Positions 26,350 through 36,993 of a DNA stretch of 64,000 bases are shown one piece after another (the first letter of the stretch is position 1; each line of letters starts with the position of its first letter). The position numbers were made by a program, and so were the translations under genes. Origin of the DNA: Escherichia phage vB_EcoM-172859UKE1; sequence record MZ234025.1. The stretch is one strand, 5' to 3'. Below the pieces are notes generated by a model. That model was not told where the DNA came from. It was given only the letters and a program-made list of their open reading frames with translations, and ran no database searches.

Positions 26350-26489
26350 TGATTAAGAAAATCGTAGCAGGAGCCTTCGGGCTCTTGTTGTTGATTACGG
26401 TTCTGTACTACGGTGTGATGTTTGGGCTAATCCAAGTAGTGCTTTTCATTTCAGATGTTATAATGGTTATTCGTTCATTAATATGGTGA
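26349..26489 (+). CDS. small membrane protein (46 aa)
   Basis: ATG overlaps previous stop (TAATG); two hydrophobic stretches. Confidence 0.35.
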   Translation: MIKKIVAGAFGLLLLITVLYYGVMFGLIQVVLFISDVIMVIRSLIW

Positions 26490-26493
26490 AAAT

Positions 26494-27819
26494 ATGCAAT
26501 TGAATTCTCGTAATCTAAAAAGTATTATTGATAACGAAGCCTTAGCATATGCGATGTACACCGTTGAAAACCGTGCAATCCCAAACATGATTGATGGATT
26601 TAAGCCGGTTCAACGTTTTGTGGTTCATCGTGCGTTAGATTTGGCTCGTGGTAATAAAGAAAAATTTCATAAACTTGCGTCAATTGCAGGCGGTGTTGCA
26701 GATTTAGGTTATCACCATGGTGAATCTTCTGCACAAGATGCAGGTGCATTGATGGCTAACACATGGAACAACAACTATCCACTGTTAGATGGCCAAGGCA
26801 ACTTTGGTTCTCGAACAGTCCAAAAAGCTGCAGCATCTCGTTATATTTTTGCTCGTGTAAGTAAAAATTTCTATAACGTATATAAAGATACTGAATATGC
26901 TCCAGCTCATGAAGATAAAGAACACATTCCACCAAAATTCTATCTTCCTATTATTCCGACAGTTCTTTTGAATGGTGTCTCTGGTATTGCAACCGGTTAC
27001 GCAACAAATATTCTGCCTCATAGTTTTAAATCAGTCAAAAAGGCCGTATTACAAGCTCTTCAAGGTAAAAATGTCACTAAGCCAAAAGTTGAATTCCCGG
27101 AATTCCGTGGTGAAGTACATGAAGTTGATGGGCGTTATGAGATTCACGGAACATATAAGTTCACATCTCGCACTCAAATGCAGATAACTGAAATCCCATA
27201 TAAATTCGACCGTGAAACGTATGTGAGTAAGGTTCTCGACCCGTTGGAAGACAAAGGTCTAATCTCATGGGAAGACGATTGTGGTGAACACGGCTTTGGG
27301 TTTAAGGTGAAGTTCCGTAAAGAGTACTCGCTTCCTGATGATGAAGAGCTACGTCATGAAAAAATCATGAAAGATTTTAGTCTCATCGAACGTCGTTCAC
27401 AAAACATCACAGTGATTAATGAAAAGGGTAAATTAGCAGTCTACGATAACGTAGTGGACTTAATCAAAGATTTTGTTGAAGTCCGTAAGACTTACGTTCA
27501 GAAACGTATTGACAACAAAATCCTTGAATCTGAAAAAGCATTTAAACTTGCTTTTGCTAAGGCACACTTCATCAAAAAAGTTATTACAGGTGAAATTGTG
27601 ATTCAGGGCAAGACTCGTAAAGCTTTGACTGAAGAGCTAGCACAAATCGAAATGTATAAAGAACATGTCGATAAACTGGTAGGTCTTAACATCTTCCATA
27701 TCACTTCCGACGAAGCACGTAAACTGGCAGAAGAAGCTAAAGCTAAGAAAGAAGAAAATGAGTATTGGAAGTCTACTGATGTTGTGACAGAGTACACTAA
27801 AGACTTGGAGGCACTTTGA
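26494..27819 (+). CDS. 52: DNA topoisomerase II medium subunit (GyrA-like)
   Basis: NMIDGFKPVQRF... GyrA N-terminal motif; 441 aa as T4 gp52. Confidence 0.9.
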   Translation: MQLNSRNLKSIIDNEALAYAMYTVENRAIPNMIDGFKPVQRFVVHRALDLARGNKEKFHKLASIAGGVADLGYHHGESSAQDAGALMANTWNNNYPLLDGQGNFGSRTVQKAAASRYIFARVSKNFYNVYKDTEYAPAHEDKEHIPPKFYLPIIPTVLLNGVSGIATGYATNILPHSFKSVKKAVLQALQGKNVTKPKVEFPEFRGEVHEVDGRYEIHGTYKFTSRTQMQITEIPYKFDRETYVSKVLDPLEDKGLISWEDDCGEHGFGFKVKFRKEYSLPDDEELRHEKIMKDFSLIERRSQNITVINEKGKLAVYDNVVDLIKDFVEVRKTYVQKRIDNKILESEKAFKLAFAKAHFIKKVITGEIVIQGKTRKALTEELAQIEMYKEHVDKLVGLNIFHITSDEARKLAEEAKAKKEENEYWKSTDVVTEYTKDLEAL

Positions 27820-27895
27820 GTGCCCTAGTCTTAGGATTTCTCGGTGCAATAGCTGCACTAGTGATTTGGCTGTATTGGTTGGACAAACATGATTA

Positions 27896-27915
27896 GGGAG
27901 CTTCGGCTCCCTTTT
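27896..27915 (+). terminator. Terminator hairpin gggagcTTCGgctccc
   Basis: Perfect hairpin with UUCG loop + ttttg. Confidence 0.6.
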
Positions 27916-27936
27916 GTGCATTTTTCTCACAAAACA

Positions 27937-27965
27937 GTTTACATGTGCTTCAAACATGATATTAT
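27937..27965 (+). promoter_or_regulatory. Early promoter of motA (GTTTAC 27937-27942, TATTAT 27960-27965)
   Basis: 17-bp spacer; tattatagacctatc cassette. Confidence 0.6.
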
Positions 27966-28004
27966 AGACCTATCAAAACAAAACAACCGAATTGGAGAAA
28001 TAAA

Positions 28005-28637
28005 ATGTCTAAAGTTGCTTACATCATCAAAGCTTCCGAAAACGCTCTTAATGAAAAAACTGCTGCAATAATGGTTTACATCATTAAGAACAACTTCACC
28101 ACTGCTGCCAATGTCCGTGAAGCTCTGGAAGCGGAATACAATGCATCGGTTGTTAACTCTAACATTGGTGTATTGATTAAGAAAGGTTTAGTCGAAAAAT
28201 CTGGTGATGGACTTATAGCAACAGGCGAAGCAATGGATATTATCCAAAAAGCTGCAGACCTATTTGCTCAAGAAAATGCTCCAGAACTTCTTCAGAAACG
28301 TAACACCAGAAAAGCACGTGGAGTTACTCCTGAAATGCATGAATTAGCAAACTTTGTTTTTGAAAATATTAAAGATAAAGTTGAAGTTAAAGAAATTGGT
28401 GAAAACCGTAGTAACTTGGAAGTTCGATTTGCAAAACGAGTTCTAGGTATTCGTCAGATCGAAATTCGTCGAGATGGTTCTCTTAGAATCTTTGCATACA
28501 ACATGTCAGAAACTGAATCAAAGCTGTTTACTTCTCTTGAAAATGATGTTAAGATTAAGATCGGTGGTAAATATACTTACATTGACTTCCCTAATGTGTC
28601 CAAAGAAATCATTACCCTTGTAACTAACGTACTGTGA
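28005..28637 (+). CDS. motA: MotA middle-transcription activator
   Basis: MSKV.YIIKAS...VVNSNIGVLIKKGLVEKSGDGLI matches T4 MotA as recalled. Confidence 0.85.
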   Translation: MSKVAYIIKASENALNEKTAAIMVYIIKNNFTTAANVREALEAEYNASVVNSNIGVLIKKGLVEKSGDGLIATGEAMDIIQKAADLFAQENAPELLQKRNTRKARGVTPEMHELANFVFENIKDKVEVKEIGENRSNLEVRFAKRVLGIRQIEIRRDGSLRIFAYNMSETESKLFTSLENDVKIKIGGKYTYIDFPNVSKEIITLVTNVL

Positions 28638-28647
28638 GGAATACATA

Positions 28648-28977
28648 ATGAATAAGCTGAATATTATTAACGAACTTCGTAAATGTGCAGAACCTACTCA
28701 GGAAGGATGGGATATTTGGTACCACGGGGCTTATTTAGGGACAATTGTAAAGATTAAAGCAGGCCAATATATGGTTATTCGTGAAAATAATGACGCACCA
28801 TTTGGCCTTCGTAAAAACTACATGGCAGCGATCAGTTCATTTGTTGATGCCGCTTACGAAATCTATAAAGAAGATTATAAAGAATATCAGCAGTCACAAC
28901 CGGTTATTCGTTCGATCGGTGTAAATAAACAAGCACAAAAATCTATTTGGCAACGTATTAAAGGATGGTTTAAATGA
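28648..28977 (+). CDS. hypothetical protein (109 aa)
   Basis: ORF, SD tgaggaatacataATG. Confidence 0.45.
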   Translation: MNKLNIINELRKCAEPTQEGWDIWYHGAYLGTIVKIKAGQYMVIRENNDAPFGLRKNYMAAISSFVDAAYEIYKEDYKEYQQSQPVIRSIGVNKQAQKSIWQRIKGWFK

Positions 28978-29435
28978 AAACTTTTAAAGAACGTTTAGCT
29001 CTGTTAGATAAAGCTTTGTCGCGTGAGACTCCGGAAAGTCTGGCTGCTAAATTAGCTTCTTACGGCGGTGAATATACAGAACAAAATGTTTTAGATGAAG
29101 TTCCTGAAATCTGTTGGCAGACTCTGTATTGGGATGAAAACCAAAAGTATCAACGACGAATTGTCTGCGCAGCCAACCGTTTTAAATTAAAAGATGGACG
29201 AACTCTTATTATTCCAGGTGCTCGTCATTATTCTAAAGATATGGCAGAAGTTTTAGATGTAGTTAAACCTCAATTAGTTACTCAACAAGTTTGTGATGAT
29301 GACCAAGGGTTTATTGACCAATATAGTAATTATTGGACACGTGAAGAAGCAATGATTATTGCAACTTACGCTGGACAAGTACGTATTGAACGTGGTGGTA
29401 ATGAAAAAGAACTTTACTCTGAGGACCTTTACTAA
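28974..29435 (+). CDS. hypothetical protein (153 aa)
   Basis: ATGA overlap with previous gene. Confidence 0.45.
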   Translation: MKTFKERLALLDKALSRETPESLAAKLASYGGEYTEQNVLDEVPEICWQTLYWDENQKYQRRIVCAANRFKLKDGRTLIIPGARHYSKDMAEVLDVVKPQLVTQQVCDDDQGFIDQYSNYWTREEAMIIATYAGQVRIERGGNEKELYSEDLY

Positions 29436-29716
29436 TGAATCTTAAACAACTCCAGATTGATGCTATTGAAGCCCACATTAATCATATCAAACGCCTGAAT
29501 GCTATGATGGAAGAAAATTATGGTATGTATGCTAATCAGCCTGGTTGGGATGCTTTAGACCATCCTTATTTGGTTAATTTATGTAAAGGTGATACGTTAG
29601 CAATTATTCGTGATGGGTTAAAACCTTTCTTGCGCGACATGTATATTAAAATGAACGAAGAAATTATTGGCTCGTTGCAATATCAATTAAGGAAATTAGA
29701 TGATGAGAATAATTGA
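29435..29716 (+). CDS. hypothetical protein (93 aa)
   Basis: TAATG overlap with previous gene. Confidence 0.4.
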   Translation: MNLKQLQIDAIEAHINHIKRLNAMMEENYGMYANQPGWDALDHPYLVNLCKGDTLAIIRDGLKPFLRDMYIKMNEEIIGSLQYQLRKLDDENN

Positions 29717-29918
29717 TTCTAAAGCAGATTATTTTAATTCTGTTAATGATAAGAATAAAGCTTTAATTCGCCACTTTATTACTGAGATGGGATATACTAA
29801 CTCTAAAGATTTGAAAGAGCACATTATAGAATGTTCTGTGGCTAAAAAGTTTTCTTTTACCGATAAATGTTTAAACGAGGTTATAAAGCATTATGAACAA
29901 TCTTGTAGCAAAACATGA
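29700..29918 (+). CDS. hypothetical protein (72 aa)
   Basis: ORF overlapping neighbours by a few codons. Confidence 0.35.
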   Translation: MMRIIDSKADYFNSVNDKNKALIRHFITEMGYTNSKDLKEHIIECSVAKKFSFTDKCLNEVIKHYEQSCSKT

Positions 29919-30001
29919 TTTCAATAAGGCTTCTGTCCATAAGGACAAGAAGAAATCAGAACTTCAATCTAAACGCAAACAAAAACATAAGGGTAAAGAC
30001 T

Positions 30002-30301
30002 ATGCTTACTAAAATCAAAGAAAATCCTGCCACTGAACTTGTTATTCGTTGTGAAGAACTTGCAGAGCTTTATCAGGTTAACCGAGAAGTGTGTCGTAGT
30101 GTTATCGTAGATATGGCAGATGAAGTATGTTCTCGTATTCCTTTTAGTGTCGATTTCAATCACATGAAGCCTGGTGAAATCACTATCGTCTTTGGTTCTG
30201 ACTATACTGAAGAACGGGCTCTTAACGCCCTAGAATATGAAATGTCGTTTTTCGACATACAGGACTATATTGATAGTTATAAGGAACGATATGAGTCATA
30301 A
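30002..30301 (+). CDS. hypothetical protein (99 aa; arn region of T4)
   Basis: ATG 30002 after aagggtaaagact; ORF-track start 29915 overlaps previous gene. Confidence 0.4.
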   Translation: MLTKIKENPATELVIRCEELAELYQVNREVCRSVIVDMADEVCSRIPFSVDFNHMKPGEITIVFGSDYTEERALNALEYEMSFFDIQDYIDSYKERYES

Positions 30302-30452
30302 TCTTCAGAACGTAGTAGAGGCCGAACGCGAGCGTGAGGCTTTAGTCTATAATGAACTATTAGCTCTGTTCTTAGCCTTAAACTCGTACGAACAGGAAGA
30401 CTACATTGATTACGTTAAAAGCGTAGAAAAAGCCGTTTACAATCAACACTGA
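30291..30452 (+). CDS. hypothetical small protein (53 aa)
   Basis: ATG 30291 preceded by aaggaacgat. Confidence 0.35.
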   Translation: MSHNLQNVVEAEREREALVYNELLALFLALNSYEQEDYIDYVKSVEKAVYNQH

Positions 30453-30498
30453 TAATGGTACTATATCCATATCAACTAAGTGGAATGAATAAAACGTT

Positions 30499-30771
30499 AT
30501 GAATAAAGACATTGAAATCGTACGTGAAATTATTACTATTGCTTCTATTTTGATTAAATTCTCTAGGGAAGATATTGTTGAAGACCGAGCAAGTTTCATC
30601 GGATTCTTGAATGAGATTGGAATTAAAAAAGATGGTCGGCAGCTAAATCAGAATTCGTTCAGAAAACTAATTACAAATTTAACTGCCGAAGAAAAGAAAA
30701 CACTGATTAGTGAATTCAATGAAGGTTTTGAAAATATTTATCGTCATTTAGCGATGTATTCTAACAACTAA
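30499..30771 (+). CDS. asiA: AsiA anti-sigma70 factor
   Basis: VREIITIASILIKFSREDIVE...LNQNSFRK matches T4 AsiA as recalled. Confidence 0.9.
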   Translation: MNKDIEIVREIITIASILIKFSREDIVEDRASFIGFLNEIGIKKDGRQLNQNSFRKLITNLTAEEKKTLISEFNEGFENIYRHLAMYSNN

Positions 30772-31431
30772 TTATTTAGCCCTTCCTAGTATTCGGATCG
30801 CTTGGTTGCATATAGCCGCTAAGCGATCTTCCTCAAGTATATTACTCCCCTTATACCAATACATCGTCACAGTTCCGGCATAGATGTTATCCAAATTAAA
30901 GTATGGACAACTATACATATAAGAAAGTTCGGCAGTCTTAGATTTTGTAGGCAAAAATGCAAATTCTGATTTAGATGAGAAATGACGGCCACTTAAATGA
31001 ATTATATATTCATTGGCCGTTTTATCCACCGGGAATCCGCCAAGGGACTTTTCAGAAATTGTGCTAGGTAGTTTGCCTTCATAAGCTATAAGGTCGACAA
31101 AATAATTTAAGTTTTTAGGTCTGAAAGAATACACAGCACTAAAATCTGCACCAGATGAGATATGAACTATTTGCAGTTGTTCTAGAGCCGCAGATTCAAA
31201 ACGTAAAGCTCGTTCTTTTTGGATTATTTCAGTATAAGTATCATACTTAGCTCTTACATAATAATCCAGCAAAATACTTCCTTTGTACCATATTAGTGCC
31301 ATTAGGAACAAAAGAATAATTACCGCTACTCGAGACATTAAAACCTTTCCAGTAGCGTTATCTTTGAAAATACGATCTAGCAACCCAAATAGAATATCAC
31401 TAGGCGAAAATGATACTTTTGGTGTTGCCAT
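30772..31431 (-). CDS. t: Holin T
   Basis: FSPSDILFGLLDRIFKDNATGKVL..., single TM, 219 aa; matches T4 T as recalled. Confidence 0.9.
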   Translation of the reverse strand: MATPKVSFSPSDILFGLLDRIFKDNATGKVLMSRVAVIILLFLMALIWYKGSILLDYYVRAKYDTYTEIIQKERALRFESAALEQLQIVHISSGADFSAVYSFRPKNLNYFVDLIAYEGKLPSTISEKSLGGFPVDKTANEYIIHLSGRHFSSKSEFAFLPTKSKTAELSYMYSCPYFNLDNIYAGTVTMYWYKGSNILEEDRLAAICNQAIRILGRAK

Positions 31432-31440
31432 AATACCTCC

Positions 31441-31992
31441 TTACTTAAAGATATTTATAATCGCTTTGACAATAGATTTGTTTTCAAGGTCAGGGAATTT
31501 AGGGAATTCGCCGCCAAGATGTTCATGTTTTTCTAAAAGGGCAAAGAATTTTTTGAGCTCTTTAAATTTTCGTTTTTCTTCTCTATTAGCAACCTCTGCG
31601 TCAATAAGAGAACTTAAAACACTGAATAATTTATAGAGTTCATGAATTTTCTTATCACGTTGAACTACGCGTTTATATGCTTCATCTTCCTTCCACCCGT
31701 CGTCGGTCCAAATGTCAAATTCACCAGGTTCTTCTGTAGTAACATTTTGAAGAGCACCTGGAGTGTCAATAACAATTTTTTGCTTATCATAAGTCCATAC
31801 TGTTTTTCCACGATGGTCTTCAACATATACCCATTCTTGTTCACGTTCATCAAATACAACAGCATAGCCTTCTTTAGGGTCTAAAGGTTTTTTTGGTGTC
31901 GAATGAGCCGGAAATCCTACGCCTTTTAATGGTTTATAATTTTCTTCTTTGTAAAATTCTTTAGTGTCAAAATAATAATGATAGAGTTTCAT
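31441..31992 (-). CDS. 38: gp38 tail-fibre assembly chaperone (T4-type, 183 aa)
   Basis: MKLYHYYFDTKEFYKEENYKP...FDIWTDDGWKEDE; T4 length and synteny. Confidence 0.85.
   Translation of the reverse strand: MKLYHYYFDTKEFYKEENYKPLKGVGFPAHSTPKKPLDPKEGYAVVFDEREQEWVYVEDHRGKTVWTYDKQKIVIDTPGALQNVTTEEPGEFDIWTDDGWKEDEAYKRVVQRDKKIHELYKLFSVLSSLIDAEVANREEKRKFKELKKFFALLEKHEHLGGEFPKFPDLENKSIVKAIINIFK
31452..31459 (-). promoter_or_regulatory. Late promoter TATAAATA (minus strand) upstream of t, inside 3' end of gene 38
   Basis: Plus-strand tatttata is the reverse complement of TATAAATA. Confidence 0.5.
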
Positions 31993-32001
31993 ATTATAAA
32001 A

Positions 32002-32017
32002 AGGGACCGAAGTCCCT
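32002..32017 (-). terminator. Hairpin gggacTTCGgtccc between genes 37 and 38 (minus strand)
   Basis: Reverse complement of plus-strand agggaccgaagtccct. Confidence 0.4.
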
Positions 32018-32022
32018 TCTCC

Positions 32023-35000
32023 TTATGCTAAACGAACGATATAGTTAAAAGCAACGTTTTTAACCGTGTTTTCTGTATTTCCTGTGGCATTTACAGTTAT
32101 TGTATGACCATGAGAACCAATCGCTACCGAATGAGAGTGGGCACCAATACCTACAGTATGTGTATGGGCACCAATACCAACGGTGTGGGCATGGTTACCC
32201 GTAGAGCTAGTAGTACCAGACCAAGAGTGTGTATGGTTACCTTCTGTTGACGACTTTGCAATATATTGGCTTGTACCAGGCACGACACCGTTGCTTAGGC
32301 CAAAACCAACAACCTGGGTTCCGCTAATTTGAGTAGATCCATTAGGATATATTCCTGTTGGTTGATTATTAGGACCCCTTGGGCCGGTCTGTGAGTGTTG
32401 GTGGTTCCCTGCTGCGCCAGTAGTACCGCTTACTGTATGGTTATGGTTACCCGTTGTATTGCTAGTCTTCGTACCATAATCAAAACTTGAAGATGTTTTA
32501 GTACCGTAATCAAAACTAGAAGTGGTTTTAGTACCCAAATCTGTGCTTGATGCACTTGCACTATGGCTATGTGACTTAACACCGTCTGCTTCTGTACTCA
32601 ATACAGCACGCCCCGATGGTTTACCCTTGATAGTTTGACCACGCATATCAGGCAGAGCGCCGGAAGGATACACCGCAGCTAACTTAGGATACAAGCCAAC
32701 ATCAAAGGTTTGACCTTCCATAATAGCGTAACCGTCAGGAGGAGTATCCGTTGGCCAAGGAATCGGAGCACCAATTGGGTAACTCGACACAATATCCGTC
32801 TTAAGGTTATTTATTGTGGTATTCAAGTTAGCAAAGTTGCCAGAACCACCGGTGATATTACCATCAGTACCGAATTGAGCATTACCAACTTTTAATGGTT
32901 TTGAAAAAAGAACATCGTCGGTTCTAAATGCAACCCCATGACCTAATGCATTATTATATAAGTTAAGTTCATCTGAACTACCACTCCCATTACCAACGTA
33001 CCATTTAACCGTATTAGCTTTTTTACCCTGAATATAAACAGCGTTGGTCAATGAAGCCGAGTTAATAATAAGCGCGGCGTTATTAGCGTTAATTGTGATA
33101 GCTTGCCCTGATGTTGTTCCACTAGTTTCTACTTTAAATCTTCCACCACCGATATCAACATCATGATCCATGGAAACTTTACCAGTACTTAATGTAATAT
33201 AGAACGGACGTAAATTAGAAATACCACCTGATTCACCAGCATTCTGTGGAGTTGGAATAATATAAAGCTTATCTTCAGAACGACGGAAAATAGCACCGTA
33301 TTCGGCATTCCAAATTCTTAATGCATCAGCAGTTCCGCCAATTTTAACTTGTCCAGTAATAGAAGAACCACCTTGGACAAACAAACCGTTAGACATAGTA
33401 ACATTGCCACCAAAAGAACCTGTACCGGAGGCACTTATATTACCAAGGCCTATAATATGGCCTGTTTCGACAGTTCCGTTAAATTTAAAGTTAACCGGAC
33501 CTACTGTTTGACCTGACGCAGGATTAGTGCGTTGTGCATAAAAATAATATCCATGTCCGTCAGCTACTTCAAAAACTGTTTCACGAGTACGATCGCCAGA
33601 TGCGTTAAATGAATTACCCCACGCTTTAATAGATACATAACTTTTATTCTGACCTTCACGAGTACCACCAGCCCACAGTATAGTTTTAGTGCCATCTGCT
33701 GCTGTAGGAGCGTCAAGTTGAATACCGTCGGGTCTAGCACCAGTAAGAACTAATCCGTTATCAAATTTAATTCTTTGTATTGAAGATACTGTTCCGTTAG
33801 CATAAAACCGTACGTTATTAGAGCCAGTTACCAATTTTAAAATACCAGGGTTAACTTCCATGCCTTCTTGAGTATTAATATTAGTTTGGCCTTTACCGCG
33901 GAAATAGTGGGACAATTTCCCGCCGGAGTTATAACCGATATGAGTTTGCCCATCACCTGCGTTATTCACATCAGCCTGAGTTTGGACTGATAAAAGAGCG
34001 GCATTAGTACCGGGCATAATCCATGTAGCGCCCTGGTCTTCTGAACGACCAAATAATCCTTTGCGTGTACTGCGGAAACTGTCAGGTGTAATAGATGCAA
34101 TAGAATTCCAATTACCTACTAAATCATAAACACCCTGCTTAACGTATTTTAAACCAGTGGCGGCATCGCCCAAAGCAATATATCTTTCTCCCATTGGAGT
34201 AGGAGAACCGTAGTTGTTAGTATTTTCGTCAGCAGTAATTGTGCCAATAGCAAGTGAACGACGTAATACCATGGCGCCATCATTACGAAGACCCATTAAT
34301 TTAGTAGTAGGTGTATTTCCATTCCACCAAGAAATTTCATCATTCTTACCAGTTTGAGCTGAAGCGATTTCATGGTAAATGGTTCCGCCTGATTTAGCTC
34401 GAACTTTACGAAGATAATTTATACCATTTTCTTCGCCTGTTCCAGGATAAACATATTGAACTAATGATTGCGAATCGTATTGTCCAAATGCTTTTGTATC
34501 AAAAACTATAGTTTTTGTATTAATCTGCGGAGCAGAAACTACCCCAGTAGCTGAATTAATATTACCAGAAGCAGAAATATTACCTTTGCTGACAAATAAA
34601 TCGCCCGTGTCAACTTGGAAATTACCATTTCTATTAAAAGTCCAGTATTTTGAAGTCCCAGTTTCATCGATATAATGGAACTTAAAACTGCCTTCAGCAA
34701 CCAATGTACCCGCTGAAAAAGTACCATCTTTATAACGTTGCTTAATTAACGGGTTATATTCTGAAGTAGCGGTTGTTGCGGAAATATCCATGAAAATAGG
34801 GGCTTTTGCTGTGTGTTGACCAGCCCAAGAACCAACTCCGGTGGCCTTATAAGCAAATTCGATATATCCACCAGATGCAACATTTTGTGAGCCTATTAAA
34901 TTAAATGTACCTGTCTGAGTATAGTTACCTACATGAGTTACATTACCGTTAATATCCCCGCCCTTAGCAAAGCCTAGGCTAATAATATTACCGAGGTCAT

Positions 35001-35124
35001 CTTTAGTAAAAAGAGTTCGATCTTTTAAGTTTATCGCTAATTCGCCTTCGGCTAATTGTGCTGCAGTAGGATTAACTCCTGCCACTTTGCTTCTTTTAAA
35101 TTGTATCTGTTTTAATGTAGCCAT
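32023..35124 (-). CDS. 37: gp37 long tail fibre distal subunit
   Basis: 1033 aa; C-terminal His-box repeats ([33 protein letters not shown]); T4 synteny. Confidence 0.9.
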   Translation of the reverse strand: MATLKQIQFKRSKVAGVNPTAAQLAEGELAINLKDRTLFTKDDLGNIISLGFAKGGDINGNVTHVGNYTQTGTFNLIGSQNVASGGYIEFAYKATGVGSWAGQHTAKAPIFMDISATTATSEYNPLIKQRYKDGTFSAGTLVAEGSFKFHYIDETGTSKYWTFNRNGNFQVDTGDLFVSKGNISASGNINSATGVVSAPQINTKTIVFDTKAFGQYDSQSLVQYVYPGTGEENGINYLRKVRAKSGGTIYHEIASAQTGKNDEISWWNGNTPTTKLMGLRNDGAMVLRRSLAIGTITADENTNNYGSPTPMGERYIALGDAATGLKYVKQGVYDLVGNWNSIASITPDSFRSTRKGLFGRSEDQGATWIMPGTNAALLSVQTQADVNNAGDGQTHIGYNSGGKLSHYFRGKGQTNINTQEGMEVNPGILKLVTGSNNVRFYANGTVSSIQRIKFDNGLVLTGARPDGIQLDAPTAADGTKTILWAGGTREGQNKSYVSIKAWGNSFNASGDRTRETVFEVADGHGYYFYAQRTNPASGQTVGPVNFKFNGTVETGHIIGLGNISASGTGSFGGNVTMSNGLFVQGGSSITGQVKIGGTADALRIWNAEYGAIFRRSEDKLYIIPTPQNAGESGGISNLRPFYITLSTGKVSMDHDVDIGGGRFKVETSGTTSGQAITINANNAALIINSASLTNAVYIQGKKANTVKWYVGNGSGSSDELNLYNNALGHGVAFRTDDVLFSKPLKVGNAQFGTDGNITGGSGNFANLNTTINNLKTDIVSSYPIGAPIPWPTDTPPDGYAIMEGQTFDVGLYPKLAAVYPSGALPDMRGQTIKGKPSGRAVLSTEADGVKSHSHSASASSTDLGTKTTSSFDYGTKTSSSFDYGTKTSNTTGNHNHTVSGTTGAAGNHQHSQTGPRGPNNQPTGIYPNGSTQISGTQVVGFGLSNGVVPGTSQYIAKSSTEGNHTHSWSGTTSSTGNHAHTVGIGAHTHTVGIGAHSHSVAIGSHGHTITVNATGNTENTVKNVAFNYIVRLA

Positions 35125-35132
35125 AAGTCCTC

Positions 35133-35795
35133 TTAATAATAGCCGAAATCTTGAACAGAATCTTTAATTACAATCTGGTCGAAACGAGGAACATGATTAG
35201 CCTCAGACGCCGGATTCTGTGAGAAAAAGTTTGGTGCTGTTAAAGTACCAGTCATGGTATCGCCTTTACGCAATACGCGGGAATTTGCGTTATCCGTAAC
35301 AATATTTATTCGTCCATCAACATAATCTTTTCTTGTGAGATCATTTGCTGCAACCGGAGCAGTAGCGTTAGAACGGACAGGACCAATTGCATAAAAACCG
35401 CCCTTAGTGCTGATATCACCAGTACGAGCGTTAATAACAACAGTTCGGTCTGCTGAACCTTGTGATGACTTAAAACCAATACCATTCCACGAAACGATGT
35501 CAATATTTGCCATATCAAAAGTAGCTGCATCACCGTTACCTGGATAAACACCACACTGTTGACTACTACCTACAGTAGGAACATGTACGCCTCCGTTAAA
35601 TCGAACAGTTGCAGCGTAAGTACCGCCATTAGCTTTAGAAACGAAATCGTTATCAGCCGCTTGTGGTTTATTATATTCTGAATAGAGTTTAAACGTTTTA
35701 TACAGGACGTCATCACCTGCTGGCATTAAAGGGAAATTACCTTGATGCCATATGACAGCACCGCCAGTTGTACTACCAGCTTTTAAATCGGCCAT
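35133..35795 (-). CDS. 36: gp36 long tail fibre distal connector
   Basis: 220 aa, T4 length and position. Confidence 0.85.
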   Translation of the reverse strand: MADLKAGSTTGGAVIWHQGNFPLMPAGDDVLYKTFKLYSEYNKPQAADNDFVSKANGGTYAATVRFNGGVHVPTVGSSQQCGVYPGNGDAATFDMANIDIVSWNGIGFKSSQGSADRTVVINARTGDISTKGGFYAIGPVRSNATAPVAANDLTRKDYVDGRINIVTDNANSRVLRKGDTMTGTLTAPNFFSQNPASEANHVPRFDQIVIKDSVQDFGYY

Positions 35796-35819
35796 AGTTG
35801 TCTCCTTATATGTATACCA

Positions 35820-35827
35820 TATTTATA
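35820..35827 (-). promoter_or_regulatory. Late promoter TATAAATA (minus strand) upstream of gene 36
   Basis: Plus tatttata at 35820-35827. Confidence 0.6.
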
Positions 35828-35834
35828 CAAAAAT

Positions 35835-35852
35835 GGGAGACCGAAGTCTCCC
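35835..35852 (-). terminator. Hairpin gggagacTTCGgtctccc after gene 35 (minus strand)
   Basis: Same 18-nt palindrome as at 44161 and 59069. Confidence 0.6.
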
Positions 35853-35857
35853 TAAAT

Positions 35858-36985
35858 TTATTCTGATGCTTCTTTAAATTCTTGTCCAAATACCTTACCG
35901 GTATCAGTTGAAGATTGAGTAGGTAATGTCATTATGTCTGGGGCACTTAAAGACTCTGAAACATAATTTACACGAATACCATTTATACCAAACTCAGCAG
36001 GTTTTGAAACGCTTCCATTACATGATACTTCAGTGAATATAACGTTTCTTAATCCACCTTGCCCGACTGGAGCTGTACGATAACAATAAATCGTGAACCC
36101 GTCAGCACCAGCAGGAATTTCTATGTAGTCTTCATATATCTTCCATTCACCTGCAGCCCCATCAAAGTTTGTATCCTTAAATGAAATAGGTGAAGTAGAA
36201 GGAGATTTAAAGAAACGAATAGAAAGTCGTGTCGTCCCTTGTGCTAACAAATCGGCATCAGCCATTAGTTGGAATTTCATATAAAGGAAATCTCCAGGCT
36301 TCAATTTATACCCAGCGAGAGGTGTAATAAGGGATGTTGTAGGCATCCTTTTAATTTCATTATTAGTACCTCCAACGGCAGATAAAAATGTGTCTGTCGA
36401 TTCATACGTACGACTAGGGAAGCCGGTAGCACCAATATCGTCGATCGTGTCATACACAACATCAAGTGGTGTACTATAGTCGGTTGAAGTTTTCTTATTA
36501 CTATACTTAATATGTTCTAGTGCTATAGCATTCTTACCAGAAATATAAAATGCCGAATAAGAAATGTCCACTATATTTAAAACTTGTTGAGCTAATGGAA
36601 TAGCAGAACTTCCGGCTTTATTAAACCATGTAAGAACTTCAGGCGGAAAGTTTGTTTTAGCGTTAGTAACAAGAGCAAATATAAAATTTGAAGCATATGT
36701 GTCCATGAAAGTAACAAATGCACTTGACGTTGTGTCGTTTTCAGTAGAGAAATTATATGACTTAGATTCAACTACTGCACCTGTTGTAGGATTTATTACA
36801 CGAACGTTTAATCCAACAGAAAAAACCTGGGACCCAAGTGGATTATCCTGGAACTTAATATAAGCAGGAGATGTTGATAGCGGACAAGAGCCCGCTATGC
36901 TTAATTTAAATCGTACTGAATTGCTTTCCGATAAAAATGGCGTTTGGACGTATCCTTGTCCAAACTTAGCCATAAATTTTTCCAT
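35858..36985 (-). CDS. 35: gp35 tail fibre hinge connector
   Basis: 375 aa, T4 length and position. Confidence 0.85.
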   Translation of the reverse strand: MEKFMAKFGQGYVQTPFLSESNSVRFKLSIAGSCPLSTSPAYIKFQDNPLGSQVFSVGLNVRVINPTTGAVVESKSYNFSTENDTTSSAFVTFMDTYASNFIFALVTNAKTNFPPEVLTWFNKAGSSAIPLAQQVLNIVDISYSAFYISGKNAIALEHIKYSNKKTSTDYSTPLDVVYDTIDDIGATGFPSRTYESTDTFLSAVGGTNNEIKRMPTTSLITPLAGYKLKPGDFLYMKFQLMADADLLAQGTTRLSIRFFKSPSTSPISFKDTNFDGAAGEWKIYEDYIEIPAGADGFTIYCYRTAPVGQGGLRNVIFTEVSCNGSVSKPAEFGINGIRVNYVSESLSAPDIMTLPTQSSTDTGKVFGQEFKEASE

Positions 36986-36993
36986 AATACCTC

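Noticed and set aside
31283-31884. Plus-strand ORFs (117 and 80 aa) inside holin t and gene 38
   Set aside because: Lie within well-supported minus-strand late genes; low-complexity translations.
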